The position numbers and the translations under genes were made by a program. This document shows, piece after piece, positions 59,694 through 64,000 of a DNA stretch of 64,000 nt (the stretch's first letter is position 1; the number at the start of each line of letters is the position of its first letter). The notes under the pieces are model-generated. The model ran no database searches, was not told the DNA's origin, and worked only from the letters and a program-made list of their open reading frames with translations. This DNA comes from Alphaproteobacteria bacterium (lineage in GTDB: Bacteria > Pseudomonadota > Alphaproteobacteria > CADEGL01), in the NCBI GenBank assembly GCA_026400755.1, contig JAPLOM010000030.1, positions 7,145 to 71,144 on the forward strand, written 5' to 3'.

Positions 59694-60713
59694 ATGAAGA
59701 AGAAGACCGCGACCGGCCGTGCTGCCGGCAAGACGTGGCATCTGCACTGCGAGAACTCCAAAAAGCTGGGCGAGGTGTTCGCGATCACCGGTGAGCGCGT
59801 GCGGGACGCGCTCAAGCGCCATCCCAAGCTCAAGGGCAAGCTGAAGGTGACCCTGGGTCAGGACAACGACATCTACGACAAGGCGATCCGCACGGCGGAT
59901 TTCATGTTCGGTTGGCATTTCGACCGCAAGGACCTGAAGCGCCGGGCGCCGAACCTGAAGATGATCCATGTGCATGGCGCGGGCGTGAACCATGTCATGC
60001 CGCTCGATTGGATGCCCAAGGGCTGCACGCTCACCAACAGCCGCGGCGTCCATGGGCCGCGCGCGGCCGAATACCTGATCATGGCGCTGTTGATGCTCAA
60101 CAACCGCCTGCCCGAGATGGTGACGCACCAGCGCGCCTCGCGCTGGAAGCAGTGCTATGCCAGCGTCATCACCGGCAAGACGCTGTTGGTCATCGGCGTC
60201 GGCCAGATCGGCGGTTCGGCGGCCGACTGGGCGAAGAAATTCGGCCTCACCGTCCTGGGCACGCGGCGCACGGGTGAGCCGCATCCTTCGGTCGACAAGA
60301 TGTACAAGCCGAAGGACTTGCCGAAGCTGTTGCCGAAGGCCGACTTCGTCATGATGTGCGTGCCCGCGACCGACCACACCAAGCACCTTCTGGGCAAGAA
60401 GGAGATCGGCCTGATGCGGCCCGGTACGGGTTTCATCAACTACAGCCGTGCCGACCTGGTCGATTACGAGGCGCTGCGCAAGCGGCTGGTGAAGGGCGAA
60501 CTGACCGCGGTCTTGGACGTCTTCAACCCGGAGCCGTTGCCGCCGTCGTCTCCCTTGTGGAAGACGCCCAACCTGATCATGACGCCCCACTGCTCGTCGG
60601 ACGACAGCATCCACTACACCCCGCGCACGCTGGATGTCGTGCTGTCGAACATCGAGCGGATTCTGGCCGGCAAGAAGCCCACCAACGCGGTCGATCCGAA
60701 CTGGCAGTACTGA
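59694..60713 (+). CDS. D-2-hydroxyacid dehydrogenase family protein
   Basis: GVGQIG, YSRADL, DVFNPEPLP, TPHCS. Confidence 0.88.
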   Translation: MKKKTATGRAAGKTWHLHCENSKKLGEVFAITGERVRDALKRHPKLKGKLKVTLGQDNDIYDKAIRTADFMFGWHFDRKDLKRRAPNLKMIHVHGAGVNHVMPLDWMPKGCTLTNSRGVHGPRAAEYLIMALLMLNNRLPEMVTHQRASRWKQCYASVITGKTLLVIGVGQIGGSAADWAKKFGLTVLGTRRTGEPHPSVDKMYKPKDLPKLLPKADFVMMCVPATDHTKHLLGKKEIGLMRPGTGFINYSRADLVDYEALRKRLVKGELTAVLDVFNPEPLPPSSPLWKTPNLIMTPHCSSDDSIHYTPRTLDVVLSNIERILAGKKPTNAVDPNWQY

Positions 60714-60748
60714 CCGCGTCCGGCGCGCCGCATCGCTAGGGTGGGGCG

Positions 60749-61573
60749 GTGACGCCGCTGGTTGTCGGCCTGGTCCTCCTGGCCGCGTTGATGCACGCGG
60801 TCTGGAACGCCCTGGTGAAGGTCTCAGGCGACCGGCTGGCGGTCATGGTCGGAATGAGCGCTGTGGGCGGCGTCGCTGGCTTGGCCGTGCTGCCCTTCGT
60901 GGTATCGCCGGCCGTGGCAAGCTGGCCGTTCCTGGCGCTGACCACGGCCATCCATGTCGGCTACTACCTGTTTCTCCTGCGCGCCTATGCGGCGGGAGAT
61001 CTGAGCCAGGTCTATCCGGTCGCTCGCGGCGGCTCGCCGCTGATCCTGGCGCTGATTTCCGGTCCCGTGGTGGGCGAGGCGCTGTCGGTCACCCAGGCCA
61101 TGGGCGTCGGCCTCATCTCGCTCGGCATCATCAGCTTGTCGCTCGGCCGTGGCAGCCGCCTGGCGCTTCTCTACGCGCTTTGCACGGCTTGTTTCATCGC
61201 CGCTTATTCGGCGACCGATGCCTTGGGCGTGCGGCGATCGGGCAGCCCGCTCGGCTACATCGGTTGGCTGTTCTTCCTCGACGGCGCGATGATGCTGGCC
61301 TTCGGCTTCTGGCGCCGTGGCCGCACGCTTTTTTCACCATCTCGGATCGACTGGCGGCAATGGATCGGCGCCGGCGTGCTGGCGCTGTGCGCCTAGGGCA
61401 TCGTCGTCTGGTGCTACAATTTGGGCACGGTCGCGCCCGTCTCCGCCCTGCGCGAGACCAGCGTGGTTTTCGCGGCTCTCATCGGCTCGCTGTTCCTGGG
61501 CGAGCAGTTCGGCGCGCGCCGTGTCATCGCGGCGTTCGTCGTGGCATCGGGGGTCGTGGTGATGAACCTGTAG
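60749..61573 (+). pseudogene. EamA/DMT transporter interrupted by an in-frame TAG at 61394-61396
   Basis: HAVWNALVK, GDLSQVYPVARG; the frame continues past TAG as GIVVW...VSALRETSVVFAALIGSLFLGEQFGARR to a stop at 61573. Confidence 0.8.
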
Positions 61574-61577
61574 CGGT

Positions 61578-62453
61578 TCAGTTGCGGATCTGCAGGCCCG
61601 TGTCGGTGAAGCGGGCGAAGCGCTCCGCATTCAGCCGTTCGGGCCGCGGCCACACACGTGGGAAATAACCGCAGTCGACGCTCTCGCCCGGCTTCAGCCC
61701 GTGGCCTTCGAAATGCGGACGGCCCGACGAGGGGCGTTCGGCATAGCGCGCATCCTCGCCCATCCAAATGGACGACAAGGCGCGCCGACGGCGGGCGGAG
61801 CCCTGGTTGCCCGGTGCGCCGTGGACGGTTAGGCCGTTGAAGACGATGCAGTCGCCCGGCTCCACTTCCCAGGACAGGATCTCGTATTCGTCCCGGCTGC
61901 CCTCGATGTCCGGCATGCGCTCGAATGTGGCGCCGCTGGCGGTGCGGTAAAGATCGCGCCCGTCCTTGCTCAGCTCGGGCGCGAACCAGCGGTTCCATTT
62001 GTGCGAACCGCGCACCAACTCCAGCGAGTTCTCCTTGGCCACGGGATCGAGCGGAAACCAGATCACCGTCATCTGTCCGTCGACCCAGAAGAAAGGCTGG
62101 TCCTGATGCCAGCGCGTGCGTTTGGATGTGCCGACGTCCTTCACCCACAGCGTGTCGGCGAAAAAATTGATCTTTTCGGATTTCATCAACTGCGCGGCGA
62201 TGGCGGGCGCCGGGCCGTTCAGCATGAAGTCGCGGAATTCGGGGATCTGCTGGGACATGCAGATGTCCGACAGGAAAAAGCCGCCTTCGCCCTGGGCGGT
62301 CTGCACCGTATGCAACGGCCCCGGCTGGGCAATGTTGCGCTCGACGCCCTTTTCCAGCTTGGCCAGCCAGTCGTGGCCGACGACGCCCTTCAGGTGCATC
62401 ACGCCGTCGCGTTGGAAAGTCTCGACTTGCGTGTCCAAAATCGTGGCGCTCAT
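61578..62453 (-). CDS. Phytanoyl-CoA dioxygenase (PhyH) family 2OG-Fe(II) oxygenase
   Basis: FQRDG, TRWHQDQPF, RGSHKW, TVHGAPGN, RRALS. Confidence 0.9.
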   Translation of the reverse strand: MSATILDTQVETFQRDGVMHLKGVVGHDWLAKLEKGVERNIAQPGPLHTVQTAQGEGGFFLSDICMSQQIPEFRDFMLNGPAPAIAAQLMKSEKINFFADTLWVKDVGTSKRTRWHQDQPFFWVDGQMTVIWFPLDPVAKENSLELVRGSHKWNRWFAPELSKDGRDLYRTASGATFERMPDIEGSRDEYEILSWEVEPGDCIVFNGLTVHGAPGNQGSARRRRALSSIWMGEDARYAERPSSGRPHFEGHGLKPGESVDCGYFPRVWPRPERLNAERFARFTDTGLQIRN

Positions 62454-62462
62454 CGCTGGCTC

Positions 62463-63341
62463 CTAGATGCTGACCTTGAACGTCGAGTTGTCGGCAAAGC
62501 GCGGGCCCTTCGCCAGACCGGCGCCCGAGGAACCTGGCCAAACGCGCGGGAAATAGTCGAAGTCCATGGCGTCGCCGGGCTTCAGCCCGTGGCCCTGGAA
62601 CAGCGGCCGCACGGGCCCCGGCCGCTCGGCATAAACGGCGTCGTCGCCCAGCCAAATGGTCGACAGCGCGCGGCGGCAGCTCTGTTGGTTCGGGTTGCCT
62701 GGCGCGCCATGCACGACCATGCCGTGGAAGGCGATGATGTCGCCCGGCTGCATGTCGAACGAGACGATGTCGTACTTCGCGCGCTCCGCTTGGATGTCGG
62801 GCATGCGCTCAAAAGCGTCGGTATCGGGATAGAGGTCGTTGCCGCTGCGCGTCAGCTCCGGCTGGAACCAGCGGCCCCATTTGTGCGAGCCGCGGATCAG
62901 CTCCAGCGAGACGTCCTTGGAGACGGGGTCGAGCGGCAGCCAGAAGATGCACATATGCTGGCCATCGACGGAGTAATAGGGCTGGTCCTGGTGCCAGCGG
63001 GTTCGCTTGGGCGTGCCCGCGCCCTTCACCCAGATCGCATCGTAGAAAAAGTTCGTGCGCTTGGAGCGCATCAGCGCGGCCGCGATGCCGCCGGCCGGAG
63101 ATTCGCAAATGAACCTGCGGAACTCGGGCAGGCGCTGTGACATGCAGAAATCGGTCAGGAAGAAACCAGAATCGCCTTCGGTCTGTTGGATGGTGTGAAG
63201 GGGGCCGGGCGTGGCGATGTCCTTCTCCACCCCTTGGGCCAGAAGGTCGAACCATTCCTTCGAGAAGGCGCCGCGGATGCAGGCGACGCCATCGCGCTCG
63301 TAGGTCTCGATATCGCGTTCGGTAACGGCGGGGTGGCTCAT
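62463..63341 (-). CDS. PhyH family 2OG-Fe(II) oxygenase, tandem paralog
   Basis: YERDG, TRWHQDQPY, RGSHKW, VVHGAPGN, RRALS. Confidence 0.9.
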   Translation of the reverse strand: MSHPAVTERDIETYERDGVACIRGAFSKEWFDLLAQGVEKDIATPGPLHTIQQTEGDSGFFLTDFCMSQRLPEFRRFICESPAGGIAAALMRSKRTNFFYDAIWVKGAGTPKRTRWHQDQPYYSVDGQHMCIFWLPLDPVSKDVSLELIRGSHKWGRWFQPELTRSGNDLYPDTDAFERMPDIQAERAKYDIVSFDMQPGDIIAFHGMVVHGAPGNPNQQSCRRALSTIWLGDDAVYAERPGPVRPLFQGHGLKPGDAMDFDYFPRVWPGSSGAGLAKGPRFADNSTFKVSI

Positions 63342-63405
63342 CGCGATCCTCCCTTGCGGTTGCTAAGAATAGGCCGTTTGGCGCTTTTCCGGCAATCGGC
63401 GCTGA

Positions 63406-64000
63406 TTACGTTGCGGGCTCGCGCGCATGGTCGCGCAACTCCACCAGGCCCGCGGAGATAATGAGGGCGGCGCCCACGGCCTCGCCCCAGCCGAAGCCTT
63501 CTCCGGCCAGAAGCGTCGCCGTGATGCCGGCGACTGCTACCTCCAGCATCAGGAGGACCGCCGACCGCCCGGGATCGAGGCGGCTCGCGCCCCATAGCTC
63601 GACCACCACCATGGGCGACAGCCACACGGCGGAGATCACCAGCAGGACGGCCAAGGCGGGCAGATCGAATCCGGCGGCCGGCGTCGCGGTCTTGGAAAGG
63701 ACCAGCGCGAACACGAGTCCCATGAAGGCCGAGCCCGCGAAGTTGGCGATGCTTTTGTCCACGGCCGGAATCTCCGCCGCACGGCGGAACAGGGTGAGCG
63801 AGACGGCCCACAGGAAGCCCGAAACCAGGCCCAGCCATTCGGGAAAGGTGCGCGGCATGGGAAAGCCCTGGCCGTAACCCAAGACGGTCGCGGCGCCCGC
63901 GATGCCCAACAAGATCGACAGCACGCGGAAGAGCCCCAGCCGTTCGCCGAGGAAAATCGTGCCCAGGACGCTGGCCCACACCGGCACCAGATAGAACAGA
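63406..64000 (-). CDS. EamA/DMT family transporter, 5' end outside window
   Basis: Frame open to the window edge: LFYLVPVWASVLGTIFLGE, LDPGRSAVLLMLEVAVA, LLAGE. Confidence 0.85.
   Translation of the reverse strand, partial: LFYLVPVWASVLGTIFLGERLGLFRVLSILLGIAGAATVLGYGQGFPMPRTFPEWLGLVSGFLWAVSLTLFRRAAEIPAVDKSIANFAGSAFMGLVFALVLSKTATPAAGFDLPALAVLLVISAVWLSPMVVVELWGASRLDPGRSAVLLMLEVAVAGITATLLAGEGFGWGEAVGAALIISAGLVELRDHAREPAT

Overview
GC-rich alphaproteobacterial-type chromosomal window (CIRCE-controlled groESL, EcfG-like sigma factor, hpnM/hpnN, R. rubrum-type RuBisCO-like protein) with about 55 CDS and no rRNA, intact tRNA, CRISPR array or IS element. Most of it encodes catabolism of small N/S compounds: non-heme iron oxygenases (BesD-fold, TauD, Rieske, two PhyH), an LLM monooxygenase, a Mo-hydroxylase large subunit, two metal-site-degenerate M24 hydrolases, an agmatinase and a Dpp-type ABC importer. 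The standout is an AT-richer islet of about 1.8 kb (15.4-17.3 kb). It carries a cytosolic trypsin-like serine protease followed 1 nt later by an AbiV-family (HEPN-like) protein, and it ends at the isolated 3' half of a tRNA-Glu cut at the anticodon loop (att-like remnant). This is a candidate protease-plus-AbiV anti-phage module. An RLP plus cupin pair matches the MTA-isoprenoid shunt. Five CDS are interrupted (four frameshifts, one in-frame amber), two of them at homopolymer runs, so sequencing error must be excluded. All family calls come from motif recognition by eye; no database search was run.
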